Positions 11,291-21,337 of a stretch of DNA of 64,000 bases are shown in pieces. Numbering within the stretch: the stretch's first letter is position 1; the number at the start of each line of letters is the position of its first letter. The stretch lies in NCBI GenBank assembly GCA_028717685.1, contig JAQUNI010000001.1, positions 399,451-463,450 of the forward strand, given 5' to 3'. The notes below the pieces were generated by a model. The model did not search any database, was not told the DNA's origin, and worked only from the letters and a program-made list of their open reading frames with translations. The position numbers and the translations under genes are program-made. The DNA comes from Patescibacteria group bacterium. GTDB lineage: Bacteria > Patescibacteriota > JAQUNI01.

Positions 11291-11384
11291 CTCGAATTTT
11301 GAAACTTATACAACATAAAACGCGGAACATAAAAAATTTCCCAAGAAGGGAAATTTTTGGTATAGAATCAAAATCAAATCAAAA

Positions 11385-11494
11385 TTGACCCCGTTAGAAA
11401 CATACCCCGCAGCTTGGCTAGCGGTTAACGTAGAAATATAGATAACTCGTGCGGTTGGGTTTCATGCCCCGCGCGAGTTTCTAACGGGGTTGAC
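11385..11494. repeat. Palindromic element CCCCGTTAGAAA...TTTCTAACGGGG with TTGAC direct repeats at its junctions
   Basis: 12-bp terminal inverted repeats; related copies at 19033, 32374 and 60964. Confidence 0.8.
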
Positions 11495-11571
11495 AAAAAA
11501 TTTTTGTAATGTTATATAGATATGTCTTGCTAAACTCAAAACAATTGTTCATTCATTAAAGGAGGGAAAAG

Positions 11572-11913
11572 ATGCCTAACAAGATAGGAAGGAAAAATTC
11601 CAGACCGAGGCATATGGAGGTATTAGAGATTCCGATTGATCCTAGAACTGGAAAAAAGGCGGATTGGGTGGGAATTAACCGAGGCAAACAGGTGATAGGA
11701 TTTTTTATTACTGTTGAACAAGAAAGCATAACGCCCGGGGCAAGAACCAACAGGGGCTGGAAATATTACCCTATCCCAGAGGAGGCATATTATGTTCTCT
11801 TTAATGTGACACCTGACGACCATCCAAAGATGAGAGACAATATAATCAAAATCGCGGAATTCCGCGATCAAAATAAGCAAAAGATGGAAACTTCTCGCGT
11901 GGAATCAAAATAA
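11572..11913 (+). CDS. Hypothetical protein (SD-led)
   Basis: AAGGAGGG before ATG; TTGACA at 11490; terminator hairpin over the stop. Confidence 0.7.
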   Translation: MPNKIGRKNSRPRHMEVLEIPIDPRTGKKADWVGINRGKQVIGFFITVEQESITPGARTNRGWKYYPIPEEAYYVLFNVTPDDHPKMRDNIIKIAEFRDQNKQKMETSRVESK

Positions 11914-11951
11914 ACGCGAGTTTTTTTAAATAAAAAACCTGCAGTTTTTAG

Positions 11952-13433
11952 CTACAGGTTGTTTTTTTGTACCAAAGTAATTTTTGAAAAAAAATCCTTG
12001 TATGCTGGCGCCACTCCGATATGGAAGGTCATACTCCTTAATGATTCCATAGTGGCGTCTAAAGCGCCAGCCCACTCAAGGTCGTCTAAAATGAATTTGA
12101 GACATTCCCTTTCGTGAGAGGAAATATTTTTATAAGAAATATCAAACGCCATTCCAGAGCAGTGCGTGGGCAGTTCTATTCTGGCATTAACATTGGAGCG
12201 AGAAAGAATCTTCTGGTATGCCAGCGTGCGCACCAAGGAAGTGATTTCCAAGGGTGTAAATTTCCCTCCAGATGCTTCAACAAGGCGCCGCGTTTCATAA
12301 GCGATATATATAATCGCCCCTGCAGCTTCTTTTGAAATCTGCTCGTATAATTTCCGATTGTTCGGGTCTTTCTTGCCAACATCATTCCGGACAAGAAATC
12401 CAAAGTAATCAGGATTATTCGGTAATTGGACGAGCCCAGCATCTTGCAGGTCTTGGGGTATTTTATATTTTAGATCATCCTTTTTGACCCAAAGCCACAA
12501 CCTGCTTGGAACCCTATCCCTCCCTTTGATAGGACTTTGATAGTTTTTCCAGAGTTCCCTGAAAGCTCCCGGACTTTGACGATATAATGTGAGCAATTCT
12601 TCTGCCCTTTTGATACGAAACCAATAAGTAGGCGAAGAATCGCGAGCTAGATGCTTTTTGACCCCTAAATACAGTGGTCGGTTATACGCCGGACTGCACT
12701 TAAAGAATATCTCTGACATAGTAATAGGTCCAGAGATTCCGGAAGATCCTTTGGCAAGGTTTATAAGTTCATTAGTCCCGCCTTCGCCGCAATGATAAGC
12801 GGCTATGGCTAAATCACGACCACCGAACTTTCCTTCTAATCTTTGAAGATATTGAGCCGCTGCAGGAATGGCTAATTCAGGAACCATCCTATCATCCCTT
12901 ATAATTGTTTGATAAGGAATTCTTTGCCGTTTGGTTATATATCTTATTTTCTTCCCCTTTTTTGTCCTGACCTTGACGGCAATCCTTTTGGAAACAATTT
13001 TATATCTGGTACCTCTTTCTATCTTCAGACCCATTTGTTTTGCCGTGCCTTCAGCAATCTGCATCGGACCTTTAGGACCAGTGGGGCTTTGAACCGCAAG
13101 ACCCCAGCTTTCTAAGAAGCAAATAGCCTCTAGGGTCTTTTTGGGGAAACTGCTGACTCGTTCAGCTTTTCTAAAGGCGCTTTGAAGCTTTTTTGAGCTT
13201 ACCACACGCTTAGCCCCTTCTAGGGATTCAGGGTGGCGCAAAATGACAAAGGTTTGGCTTTCAATCATTTGCCTTGTCCTTTGACCTAAAATTTCATTAG
13301 TCATATTTGCCCTCGAAATTCCGATCCCGTCAATCTGTTCCGGCGGCACGAAATATCTTGGTTTTTTCTCCTCTTGGCAACTAATTAACAATGAACAAAG
13401 AAAAATCACAACAATAAAAGTAAATCTCTTCAT
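11952..13433 (-). CDS. Lipoprotein: lytic transglycosylase (SLT) domain plus DUF5715/peptidase M15-like domain
   Basis: Lipobox LLISC; SLT motifs FLES, GPMQI, AAYHCG; C-terminal TSLVRT...THCSGMAFDI...FHI. Confidence 0.8.
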   Translation of the reverse strand: MKRFTFIVVIFLCSLLISCQEEKKPRYFVPPEQIDGIGISRANMTNEILGQRTRQMIESQTFVILRHPESLEGAKRVVSSKKLQSAFRKAERVSSFPKKTLEAICFLESWGLAVQSPTGPKGPMQIAEGTAKQMGLKIERGTRYKIVSKRIAVKVRTKKGKKIRYITKRQRIPYQTIIRDDRMVPELAIPAAAQYLQRLEGKFGGRDLAIAAYHCGEGGTNELINLAKGSSGISGPITMSEIFFKCSPAYNRPLYLGVKKHLARDSSPTYWFRIKRAEELLTLYRQSPGAFRELWKNYQSPIKGRDRVPSRLWLWVKKDDLKYKIPQDLQDAGLVQLPNNPDYFGFLVRNDVGKKDPNNRKLYEQISKEAAGAIIYIAYETRRLVEASGGKFTPLEITSLVRTLAYQKILSRSNVNARIELPTHCSGMAFDISYKNISSHERECLKFILDDLEWAGALDATMESLRSMTFHIGVAPAYKDFFSKITLVQKNNL

Positions 13434-13604
13434 AGCGTCCGTCCTCCCTTATCTATTACGATCTATATCTATAAAACATTCAAAACAATTTTTCAGTGAT
13501 TGAAAAATGATTATGGCACATTTATTGAAAAAATGCAAGGAAAAGTACATCGTCATTGCGAGGGATCCGCCCAGGGTGGATTTTATAATTCAAGATATAT
13601 TAAA

Positions 13605-13630
13605 AAGCAGAGAAACAAGATTCTCTGCTT
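13605..13630 (-). terminator. Terminator of the radical SAM operon
   Basis: AAGCAGAGAA-6nt-TTCTCTGCTT, T-run on the minus strand. Confidence 0.7.
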
Positions 13631-13641
13631 GAAGTTTTGGA

Positions 13642-15195
13642 TTAAGTAAAGTGCTTCTGCACTCTGCTTAATACCTCTTGGTATAAACATTGCGGGATAG
13701 ACTTGCCATCCTTGGGCGGACAATGGCAGTTGAACATCCCGTGACGGGCATAATTTTCACTTCTGTGCCAGATATCCGCTAAAGATTCTTTGCGGACATC
13801 CTCACTGAATACAGTTACGTCATCGCCAGGGCAGCGCAGAACAATCCCACGCGAAGTGATATACATTCCGCAGGCAACCTGGTTGCAGGGGTGACCGCCA
13901 GCGTAAGCGGAAACCCCATTCTCTGAAAGTTCTTTAAGCGTATTTACACCCTTTTCAATATTATAAATATTGATCCGGGTATACAGTGCGATGAGCTCTT
14001 CTTCCCGCGGCGTAAGGTCTTTCCACGATTCCCGCGCTCTACCCGCGCACATAGAAACAGTAGTTACGGGGTAGATATTGCGCTCCCGAGCAAAGACATA
14101 AATGTCATAAATTTCGTGAATATTCTGCTTAGTGATTGGAACAATGGCAAGGCACAGCCTTGTTGGCTGACCCTGATTAAATCCGGCTTCTGCTAGAAGT
14201 TCTAGAGCGCGGTTGCGCTTTTCAGTATAACCTTGAACGCCGACCATTTCATCTTGCAAAGCTGGATCAAAGGAATTAAAGCCGACATTAAGACTCACAC
14301 CCAGATCCTTGATGACACTGACCAACTCCCGAGCAGAAAGATTGAAATATTTATTGGCTAGCGCGTCATCGCCTAAGACATGGGCTTTCGTAAAAATATT
14401 GACCTTAATGCCTAAACTTTTTAATTGTTCCAAAAAAATTAGAAAATACTTATCCTCAAAAGGCTCGCCGGCACCTAAAATCTTAATGCTTTCTAAACCA
14501 AGTTCTTGGGCCTGACTATTAATCAAATATAATATCTCTATAGGCAGTAAACAAGGATTTGAACTACGGTTTACAGCGCCATTGCGCCGGAAACAATGAG
14601 GACAATTTAAGGAACAATACTCGCCGAAATCAAGATCCAGAGTGAGTAATTTGCCGGTATTTTGCGCAAGATATTCTTTACTAAAACTCCAGCCATCCAC
14701 ATCATTAACAAAGTTATTTGGCACCTGCTCTTTGCCGGGGCAAATAGGATTGATTTGATGGGGAAAAATGGACCTGCGTTTAGAGAAATCATTTTGCGTA
14801 AGGGCTGAACTTATCGCAATAATTATTTGCTTGGTGTTATCCTTATTTTTGCGCGGAATATCGGGTAAATTAACGCCTTCTTGCTCACTCTCATAGCGAT
14901 CAGAAAGATTAGTAGCCCTGTTCCGATCAAGCCAAGTAAAACCGTCAGGAATCGCACCTTTGCAGGTCAAGATAAAATTCTTGTCATCCACTTTGGTCAG
15001 TTCAACTTCAATATTGGTTTCATAACCTTTTTCACTTAGGACGTGTAAAATCGTGGGTCCGGTTTGGAAACCATAACCATAAATCAAAAACTGAACAGCA
15101 GAAGTGTTATAGCCGGCAAAAAGCGGCATTACCAGATTGATTGTTAAACACACGATAGCCGCCAAAATAAACCAAAAATTTCTTTTCATTTTCAA
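13642..15195 (-). CDS. Radical SAM protein with SPASM/twitch-like C-terminus and N-terminal signal peptide plus extension
   Basis: CSLNCPHC, GAGEPF, C-terminal PCNQVAC...RCPG...CHC; N-terminus MKMKRNFWFILAAIVCL. Confidence 0.88.
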   Translation of the reverse strand: MKMKRNFWFILAAIVCLTINLVMPLFAGYNTSAVQFLIYGYGFQTGPTILHVLSEKGYETNIEVELTKVDDKNFILTCKGAIPDGFTWLDRNRATNLSDRYESEQEGVNLPDIPRKNKDNTKQIIIAISSALTQNDFSKRRSIFPHQINPICPGKEQVPNNFVNDVDGWSFSKEYLAQNTGKLLTLDLDFGEYCSLNCPHCFRRNGAVNRSSNPCLLPIEILYLINSQAQELGLESIKILGAGEPFEDKYFLIFLEQLKSLGIKVNIFTKAHVLGDDALANKYFNLSARELVSVIKDLGVSLNVGFNSFDPALQDEMVGVQGYTEKRNRALELLAEAGFNQGQPTRLCLAIVPITKQNIHEIYDIYVFARERNIYPVTTVSMCAGRARESWKDLTPREEELIALYTRINIYNIEKGVNTLKELSENGVSAYAGGHPCNQVACGMYITSRGIVLRCPGDDVTVFSEDVRKESLADIWHRSENYARHGMFNCHCPPKDGKSIPQCLYQEVLSRVQKHFT

Positions 15196-15284
15196 TTACC
15201 TCCTTAAAAAACATGCAGAATTTCAACAAGAGAAGTTTTGAAGGGGAGAGGATAAAATGGCGGTCTTTTATCCTCTCCTTGAGA

Positions 15285-16853
15285 TTATGCTGTCTGTAGC
15301 ACCTTTGCCTCTATATTTTTATAGAAATTTTGAGGCAAAGAGAAACCATCACGGGCAACACAATGATAATTGTATCGCTTGCCGTACTTGGCTCGCTGAT
15401 AGTTGGAAGATTTCATCCAAACATCCCGTAAGGATGTTTCTTGACGAATATCACGAGTGAAGATAGTGCTCTGATCCACTCTACCGGGACAGAGATTGAC
15501 CTGTCCAGATAGATTCAGGAAGAATCCGGCGGCGGTTTGATTACAAACATGGCATCCAGGATATAAGGACACCCCATCTTCCACAAAAGTTTCCTTGGAG
15601 ATAAGATTTTTTTGGACTGCCCAGATGTAAATCTTGGCCCACAGATCTTCAAGTTCCGAAATATACTCTTTATGCTTTTTCTCGAGTTCCAACTCGTCTA
15701 GCCCTTTACCACTGATAGTTGTTGGACAGGTCAACATATAAATATTTCTCGGTCTTGCCCATGAATACAGATCGAAAATTTCATCTACATTCTCTGGTTT
15801 TACTGGCGCGGCGATCATCGCTAAACGAGTCGCTTCGCCTTCGTAGTATTCATTAAATCCAGCTTTAACTAGATTTAATAACGCCTGATCTCTAAAATCC
15901 ACATAATTTTTCAGCAATGCAGACGATTTATACTTATCTACACCTGTGAAACTTTCTTGCATCTCACGATTAAAAGAATTAAAGCCAAGTAAAATGCTAA
16001 CTTTCAATTCTTTAATTCGTTGCGTTAACTCCAATCCGGAATAAATTCCACGATGGCTATTATACTTTCTGGCTAACTCATCGCAACCTAATACATGTCC
16101 TTTGCTAAAAACTGCTACTCCAACATCTAATTTGGTCATTTCTTCCAGAAATTCAAGAAATCTTGAATTCTGGAATGGTTCGCCCCTGCCCAAGATCTTG
16201 ATTTGCTTTAAACCAAGCGTTTTCGCTTCTTGAACATAGCCCACTATTTCCTCGTGGGTGAGAGGGTTATTGGCGAGGTCAAAACGCTTGTCCCTGCGAA
16301 AACAATGCGGACAGGCAAGTCCGCAAGTATTGCCAATATCAAGGTCCATAGTTAATAATCGCGCTGTCCCGTCTGGAAGGGTAGAATGTAATTCCTCTTT
16401 ACTAATATTGCCCCACCATTTGACGTTATTCTTATAACCTTCAGGGAATTGGCCGGGGAACATTACAGGAATTTTGGCAGTGAGCAGATCCAAAGACGAA
16501 TCGCGTCTTTGAATTATGGCTAACACATAAAGCATTGTTGGCTCTGCCTTCATTGCTGCGACCTTTTTGACAGAGACCTGAACATGCGGCTTGGACTCAA
16601 CTGGGATTTCTAGCCAACCAGCGCCTTCGCCTTTAAACGAAAACTTGCCAGAATTCTTACCATCTATTGAAATAATTTCTCCGTAATTGACACTAACTTC
16701 ATTACTTGTTCCGTCCAGCGTTAAAAACGACAGACAACCCTCTCCGGTTGTATCAATGCCTTTTACTGCCAGCGAGTGGCTAATATCCAAAGACACATTC
16801 ATCGCCACGAGCATAACCGACACGAGAATAATTAATATTCTTTTCATTTTCAA
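15285..16853 (-). CDS. Radical SAM protein (paralog) with N-terminal signal peptide plus extension
   Basis: CGLACPHC, GRGEPF, CHVCNQ...LCPG...HC; N-terminus MKMKRILIILVSVMLVA. Confidence 0.88.
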   Translation of the reverse strand: MKMKRILIILVSVMLVAMNVSLDISHSLAVKGIDTTGEGCLSFLTLDGTSNEVSVNYGEIISIDGKNSGKFSFKGEGAGWLEIPVESKPHVQVSVKKVAAMKAEPTMLYVLAIIQRRDSSLDLLTAKIPVMFPGQFPEGYKNNVKWWGNISKEELHSTLPDGTARLLTMDLDIGNTCGLACPHCFRRDKRFDLANNPLTHEEIVGYVQEAKTLGLKQIKILGRGEPFQNSRFLEFLEEMTKLDVGVAVFSKGHVLGCDELARKYNSHRGIYSGLELTQRIKELKVSILLGFNSFNREMQESFTGVDKYKSSALLKNYVDFRDQALLNLVKAGFNEYYEGEATRLAMIAAPVKPENVDEIFDLYSWARPRNIYMLTCPTTISGKGLDELELEKKHKEYISELEDLWAKIYIWAVQKNLISKETFVEDGVSLYPGCHVCNQTAAGFFLNLSGQVNLCPGRVDQSTIFTRDIRQETSLRDVWMKSSNYQRAKYGKRYNYHCVARDGFSLPQNFYKNIEAKVLQTA

Positions 16854-16861
16854 TTACCTCC

Positions 16862-17092
16862 TCATTTAAACTGGGTTACAACCTCATCTACATTGTCTTT
16901 GACTCGCTCGCAAATCTGCTTTTTGATTTCCGCAATGGTATCGGGATCCAAGCCCAGCTCTTTTGCTTTTTCCTTTAATTCATTAAGCAGGAAATATATT
17001 TCCATAAGGGCGTAGCCAAATCCCATGCTGTAATTATTCCGAGCCACGCCATCGCAGATAGTCTTCATATAATTTGGCACATTTTCTTCCAT
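16862..17092 (-). CDS. 76-aa hypothetical protein, first gene of the radical SAM operon
   Basis: AGGAGG SD; stop abuts the SD of the next gene. Confidence 0.7.
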   Translation of the reverse strand: MEENVPNYMKTICDGVARNNYSMGFGYALMEIYFLLNELKEKAKELGLDPDTIAEIKKQICERVKDNVDEVVTQFK

Positions 17093-17173
17093 CCTTCTAT
17101 CCTCCTATTTCCTCTTTTAAGGGTGAGCGTTAAACATTTATTTGACAAAGTTCATTTTTTGTTTTGTTATGAC

Positions 17174-17202
17174 ATTATAGCATATCTAAATATAATTGTC
17201 AA
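17174..17202 (-). promoter_or_regulatory. Sigma-70 promoter of the radical SAM operon
   Basis: TTGACA-17 nt-TATAAT with TG extended -10. Confidence 0.85.
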
Positions 17203-17432
17203 TAGTTTTGGTCAAATTGACTTAATTATTTGTCTTTAAAATGGAGATAAAAATGATAATTAAATATTTTGTTGAAAGGTCTTGACACAAAAATAGGGGG
17301 AGTATATAATAAAAACAAGGGTAAACCCCCTTAATCCCCCTTATCAGGGGGAAAATTAATTTCCCTCCCTGATAATGGAGGGTTGGGTTAATTCTTCCCC
17401 AGAATAAAAAATACTCATAACAACAAACATCT

Positions 17433-18242
17433 ATGCCTAAAATTGACTCAAGTTTACAAGCCGCTCTATCTGACCTTGGTTTTAGCGACAAGGAAACCAA
17501 GGTGTATTTAGCTTTGCTTGAAATAGGAAGAGGAACCGTGAGCGCGATTGCCCGCACTGCGAGTATTAACCGCACCACGGGATATAATATCTTGGATGTT
17601 CTAGTGAGCAAGGGTTTAGCGCGCATTTCCGGCAAAGAGCCGAAAGAGGAATATGTGGCGGAAGCGCCGAATGTGATTACCAAACTTTTGAAAGAAAAAA
17701 TCGCCGCGTATGAAGCGCAACTAAAAAAAGCGGCAAAACTTGTGCCGCAACTAGCGACGATCCACAATATTGTTGACCGACCGAAGGTAAAATTTTATGA
17801 AGGGAAAGAAGGATTAATTGAAGTTTATGAAGATACTTTAACCTCCACCGAAGAAATCAGAGCTTATGCTACTTTGGATGATATGTATCAGGCCTTGCCT
17901 AATTATTTTCCCGACTATTTTAAGAGGCGAGCGAAAAAGAAGATTCCAATTAAAGCTATTATTCCTTTTACAAAAGTGGCTACCGAAAGAATGAAATACA
18001 ACAAAGAAGAGATGAGAACTGCAGCTTTAATTCCTGAGAGACAATTTCGCTTTTCACCCGAGATCAACATCTATGACAATAAAGTAATGATCGCCTCTTG
18101 GCGGGAAAAACTGGGGATTATTATTGAGAGCGCGGAAATAGCAGACGCGATGAAAAAAATTTATGAGCTGGCTTGGGCGGAAGCAAAAAGATTGGATCGG
18201 GAGACGCGAGAGTCTCCTCCCATTGGCTTGAGGAAGGATTAA
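17433..18242 (+). CDS. TrmB-family transcriptional regulator
   Basis: N-terminal wHTH (LGFSDKETKVYLALL...INRTTGYNIL); PKVKFYEGKEG; EINIYDNKV. Confidence 0.9.
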   Translation: MPKIDSSLQAALSDLGFSDKETKVYLALLEIGRGTVSAIARTASINRTTGYNILDVLVSKGLARISGKEPKEEYVAEAPNVITKLLKEKIAAYEAQLKKAAKLVPQLATIHNIVDRPKVKFYEGKEGLIEVYEDTLTSTEEIRAYATLDDMYQALPNYFPDYFKRRAKKKIPIKAIIPFTKVATERMKYNKEEMRTAALIPERQFRFSPEINIYDNKVMIASWREKLGIIIESAEIADAMKKIYELAWAEAKRLDRETRESPPIGLRKD

Positions 18243-18275
18243 AAAAAAGTCTATCTAAAGAATAGAAAGGTTATC

Positions 18276-18312
18276 CTCCCACCCCCTCCATCTCCCCCTC
18301 GGGCAGGGGGAG
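18276..18312 (+). repeat. C-rich/G-rich hairpin repeat, intergenic copy
   Basis: CTCCCACCCCCTCCATCTCCCCCTCGGGCAGGGGGAG; near-identical at 35190 and 45129; variants at 45273, 45735, 46243, 62274. Confidence 0.85.
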
Positions 18313-18415
18313 TGCAATCTCCTCACGGAATGGCTCTTGCGTTACGCGTTATATGTTATAAGTTACACGAAGATGTGCTAAAATAAATTCACCCCTAATT
18401 CATGCTTCCTGATTT

Positions 18416-18970
18416 ATGCTTCCATTCAAAAACCAAGAAAAAAAACTCGTCAAAAAAGCCCAAAGGGATCCTGAAGCCTTTGTGGAGCTTTATAATTTTT
18501 ATTTTCCCAAAATCTTCCGCTTTGCCGCTTACCGCGTGAGCAGCCTTGAGGATACGGAAGATGTGGTGGCGGATATTTTTGAAAAAGCTTTGAAATACCT
18601 CTCCCGTTTCCGCTGGAGGGAAAACGCTAACTTTGGCTCCTGGCTTTTCCAAATCGCCCGCAATACCATTATTGACTATTACAAAAAAAACTCTCGCGGG
18701 CGGTTGGTAAACCTTGCGGATTTGCCCGAAATCGCCTCCCACGAAATCCTACCTTCCGACGCGGTAAAGCGCAAAGAAGGCTTCCAAGAACTGCAAAAAT
18801 TAGTAAATACACTGCCCGCTCGGCAAGCCGAGATCGTCGCTTTGCGTTTTTTTGCTGAAAGGCGGAATAAAGAAATAGCCCAAATCCTCAAGATCTCGGA
18901 AAAAACCGTCGCCTCTAACCTCTGCCGCGCCCTGCGCACTCTCCACCGCCGTTACCAAAATTTGCAGTAA
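18416..18970 (+). CDS. ECF sigma-70 factor
   Basis: Region 2 (EDVVADIF...WLFQIARN) and region 4 (EIAQILKISEKTV). Confidence 0.93.
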   Translation: MLPFKNQEKKLVKKAQRDPEAFVELYNFYFPKIFRFAAYRVSSLEDTEDVVADIFEKALKYLSRFRWRENANFGSWLFQIARNTIIDYYKKNSRGRLVNLADLPEIASHEILPSDAVKRKEGFQELQKLVNTLPARQAEIVALRFFAERRNKEIAQILKISEKTVASNLCRALRTLHRRYQNLQ

Positions 18971-19006
18971 TTAAACTAGCAACCTTGTTATAATATATAT
19001 AAACTT

Positions 19007-19621
19007 ATGTCTAAAAAAAATAATCCTGTGAACCCCGTTGGATGTTCACTATCTAACGGAGCCGACAGAGTCAACAATCAAAGCCTTTTAAATGAGATTG
19101 AGAAGATGCTCTCCGCGCCGCAAGGTCGGAATCACCTTAAGAATAATGCCTTGCTCGGTTTTTGCGCCCGACTTATTGCCACGCGACCTGAAGCGCGCGA
19201 TAACTACCGCCAATATCTCAAACAAAGGCTCTCTGCGCTATACCCTCGGAAACGGAAGATAGACTGGAAACAAAAAATAGCGGCTTTGCGCCTCCTCCCA
19301 TTGCGCCAGCTATTTACATTAAGGACAGCGTCTCTCTGCCTCTCCCTGATTTTACTTATTGTCCTCGGAGTGATAAATGGACAGAACCCCTTACTCCAAA
19401 AAACTTCCGAGGTTTCTTTAAGCCCAAGAACCATAGATAATGCCGCGCTCTCGGAAACAGACCGTATCACCCCCGTGAAAAAAACTTTGTTTTTAACCTC
19501 GGAAAAAATAAACTCCGAAAAAAATTACCGCGTCCTCAAAGAATATCAAGAATTTAAACTCATAGAATACACCCTTTTTGACGGCTCTAAAATTATTGCC
19601 GTAAAAAACATCTTGCTTTAA
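19007..19621 (+). CDS. Putative membrane-bound anti-sigma factor
   Basis: Directly after the ECF gene; single central TM. Confidence 0.55.
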   Translation: MSKKNNPVNPVGCSLSNGADRVNNQSLLNEIEKMLSAPQGRNHLKNNALLGFCARLIATRPEARDNYRQYLKQRLSALYPRKRKIDWKQKIAALRLLPLRQLFTLRTASLCLSLILLIVLGVINGQNPLLQKTSEVSLSPRTIDNAALSETDRITPVKKTLFLTSEKINSEKNYRVLKEYQEFKLIEYTLFDGSKIIAVKNILL

Positions 19622-19653
19622 GGGGAACATCCCGAGAAATAAACCTCACAGAA

Positions 19654-19686
19654 ATAAAAACACCTTTATTTAAGGGTGTTTTTATG
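19654..19686. terminator. Bidirectional terminator
   Basis: ATAAAAACACCTT...AGGGTGTTTTTAT. Confidence 0.7.
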
Positions 19687-19837
19687 TTTTGTAATTTAAA
19701 ATTCCAATTCCAAAATCACAAATTCTAAATAAACTTGAGTTCGAATCGGGAATCAGGAATCATGAATGAGGAATTGAATTTTATAATTTATTCTTCTTTA
19801 TTCCTGATTCATAATTCATAATTCATGATTCCAGAGA

Positions 19838-20122
19838 CTACTCCCCGCAAAATGGATTTCTTAAATCCCCAATCCCTGACACGGGTCTTTGCTCATTTTG
19901 CCGCATTCTGTCGCTCACTTCATAATAAAGCCGCGTATTGACCTTTAATTCTTTAACCTCCCCCCCTTTGTCCTTCATCGCGAGAACATTGTCGTTCAGA
20001 AAGAAAATAACCATTAAACCCACTACTAAAATAATCAACATCATTATACAAACCGAAATCAAATTGCGACGTTTTTGCACAAAAGAAATGAAGTTCTGGC
20101 TGTTTATGGAAGGAAAATTCAT
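19838..20122 (-). CDS. Small single-TM protein at the pilP position
   Basis: ATG at 20122 just after the pilO stop; C-terminal RNPF motif. Confidence 0.6.
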   Translation of the reverse strand: MNFPSINSQNFISFVQKRRNLISVCIMMLIILVVGLMVIFFLNDNVLAMKDKGGEVKELKVNTRLYYEVSDRMRQNEQRPVSGIGDLRNPFCGE

Positions 20123-20126
20123 AAAA

Positions 20127-20777
20127 TCAATTAGAAATGTTAGTGGTATAGACTTCCGCTTCAACTGATGCCTGGATAAGGTCTGCCTGCGGCTCAATCT
20201 CGAGGGGGGGACTAGATGTCTTTGTTTCTTTATTTTTGAGAGTAAAACTCGCAAGGCGAGGATTGGTATAATAGTTTAGATTCTCTAGAGACTGTAAATA
20301 TTTCACAAAATTGGGAAAACTGCCTTCTAAATTCAACCTGTAAACCAAAGGCTCCACAGCGCGGCTTGGAGCAGTTTCTTTAGATTTTACCTTGCTATCT
20401 TCTCCTTCTTCTCCAGAAGGGGCGCTTTTCTTTGGCATTTCTTTCTTCTCCAGGTCAATTTTTTGCACCATACCCGTTTCTTGGGCAATCTTTTCCAACT
20501 TCTGGATGAAAACAATAAAGCTTGTCTGATCTAAAAATGTTTCATTGATTAAGAAAACGTCTGGTGCCACTTTCTCGTAATCCGCAGAGAATTTATCAAA
20601 ATTGCTCGCATTATAATCAAGCTCATTAAGCTCCTGCCTCTTTTCTACAATCTCGTTGCTTAAATTTTTAATATCTTGCACCACAAAATAATAGATTAAA
20701 AGACCGCCGCCCGCCCAAACGCACAAAGTAGCAAGAATGAAAATAATTAATTTCTTTTTTGGAAAAAAGGTAGACAT
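20127..20777 (-). CDS. pilO: Type IV pilus assembly protein PilO-like
   Basis: TM, coiled coil, LEGSFPNFVKYLQSLEN; synteny. Confidence 0.75.
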   Translation of the reverse strand: MSTFFPKKKLIIFILATLCVWAGGGLLIYYFVVQDIKNLSNEIVEKRQELNELDYNASNFDKFSADYEKVAPDVFLINETFLDQTSFIVFIQKLEKIAQETGMVQKIDLEKKEMPKKSAPSGEEGEDSKVKSKETAPSRAVEPLVYRLNLEGSFPNFVKYLQSLENLNYYTNPRLASFTLKNKETKTSSPPLEIEPQADLIQASVEAEVYTTNISN

Positions 20778-20785
20778 ATAAAAAT

Positions 20786-21337
20786 TTACTTTAAATATTC
20801 TTCCTTAACTTTAAATTTTAACTGAAAATCCACATCCTCACGGCTTTCCAAATTAGAAAGGGGAGACTCAATGTCTTTAAAAAACGCGCTTTCGGCAAGA
20901 TTCTTTTGGAAACGCAATAAACTATCCCGCGTCTCCGCCACGCCCTGTATTTCCACGCCACCTCCATCCTTCTGAACCTGAAGACGGATTATTCTAACTT
21001 CGGGGGGCGTCAAACGGGTCAGCTCAACTAAAAAGGGACTAAAACGGATGTGTTGGAATTGAAGAGCCGCAATCTTTTCAAGGTTGTTGTTGAATTGGTT
21101 GATCTTATCCTCTAAAGCGGAAAATCCAGAGGCGGCAGAAGCGCTCTTTTTTTGCTCCAGATCTCCCTCTAAAATTTTTAAATTATGGCGCAACAAAAAG
21201 TCAGCGCCAAGGAGCAGGGCTAAAACCAAAATCCCAAAAATGGAAAGCACCAAGACTCTCCTGAAAAGAAATGAATGCAGTCTTGTTAATTTTAAGTCTT
21301 TAATATTTTGAGGAGGGAGAAGATTGATGGTAATCAT
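20786..21337 (-). CDS. pilN: Type IV pilus assembly protein PilN
   Basis: N-terminal INLLP, TM, IQGVA. Confidence 0.85.
   Translation of the reverse strand: MITINLLPPQNIKDLKLTRLHSFLFRRVLVLSIFGILVLALLLGADFLLRHNLKILEGDLEQKKSASAASGFSALEDKINQFNNNLEKIAALQFQHIRFSPFLVELTRLTPPEVRIIRLQVQKDGGGVEIQGVAETRDSLLRFQKNLAESAFFKDIESPLSNLESREDVDFQLKFKVKEEYLK

Noticed and set aside
16862-17092. Classical RiPP precursor for the radical SAM pair
   Set aside because: Looks helical and globular with no evident leader/core pattern or PqqD/RRE partner; kept only as a possible substrate.
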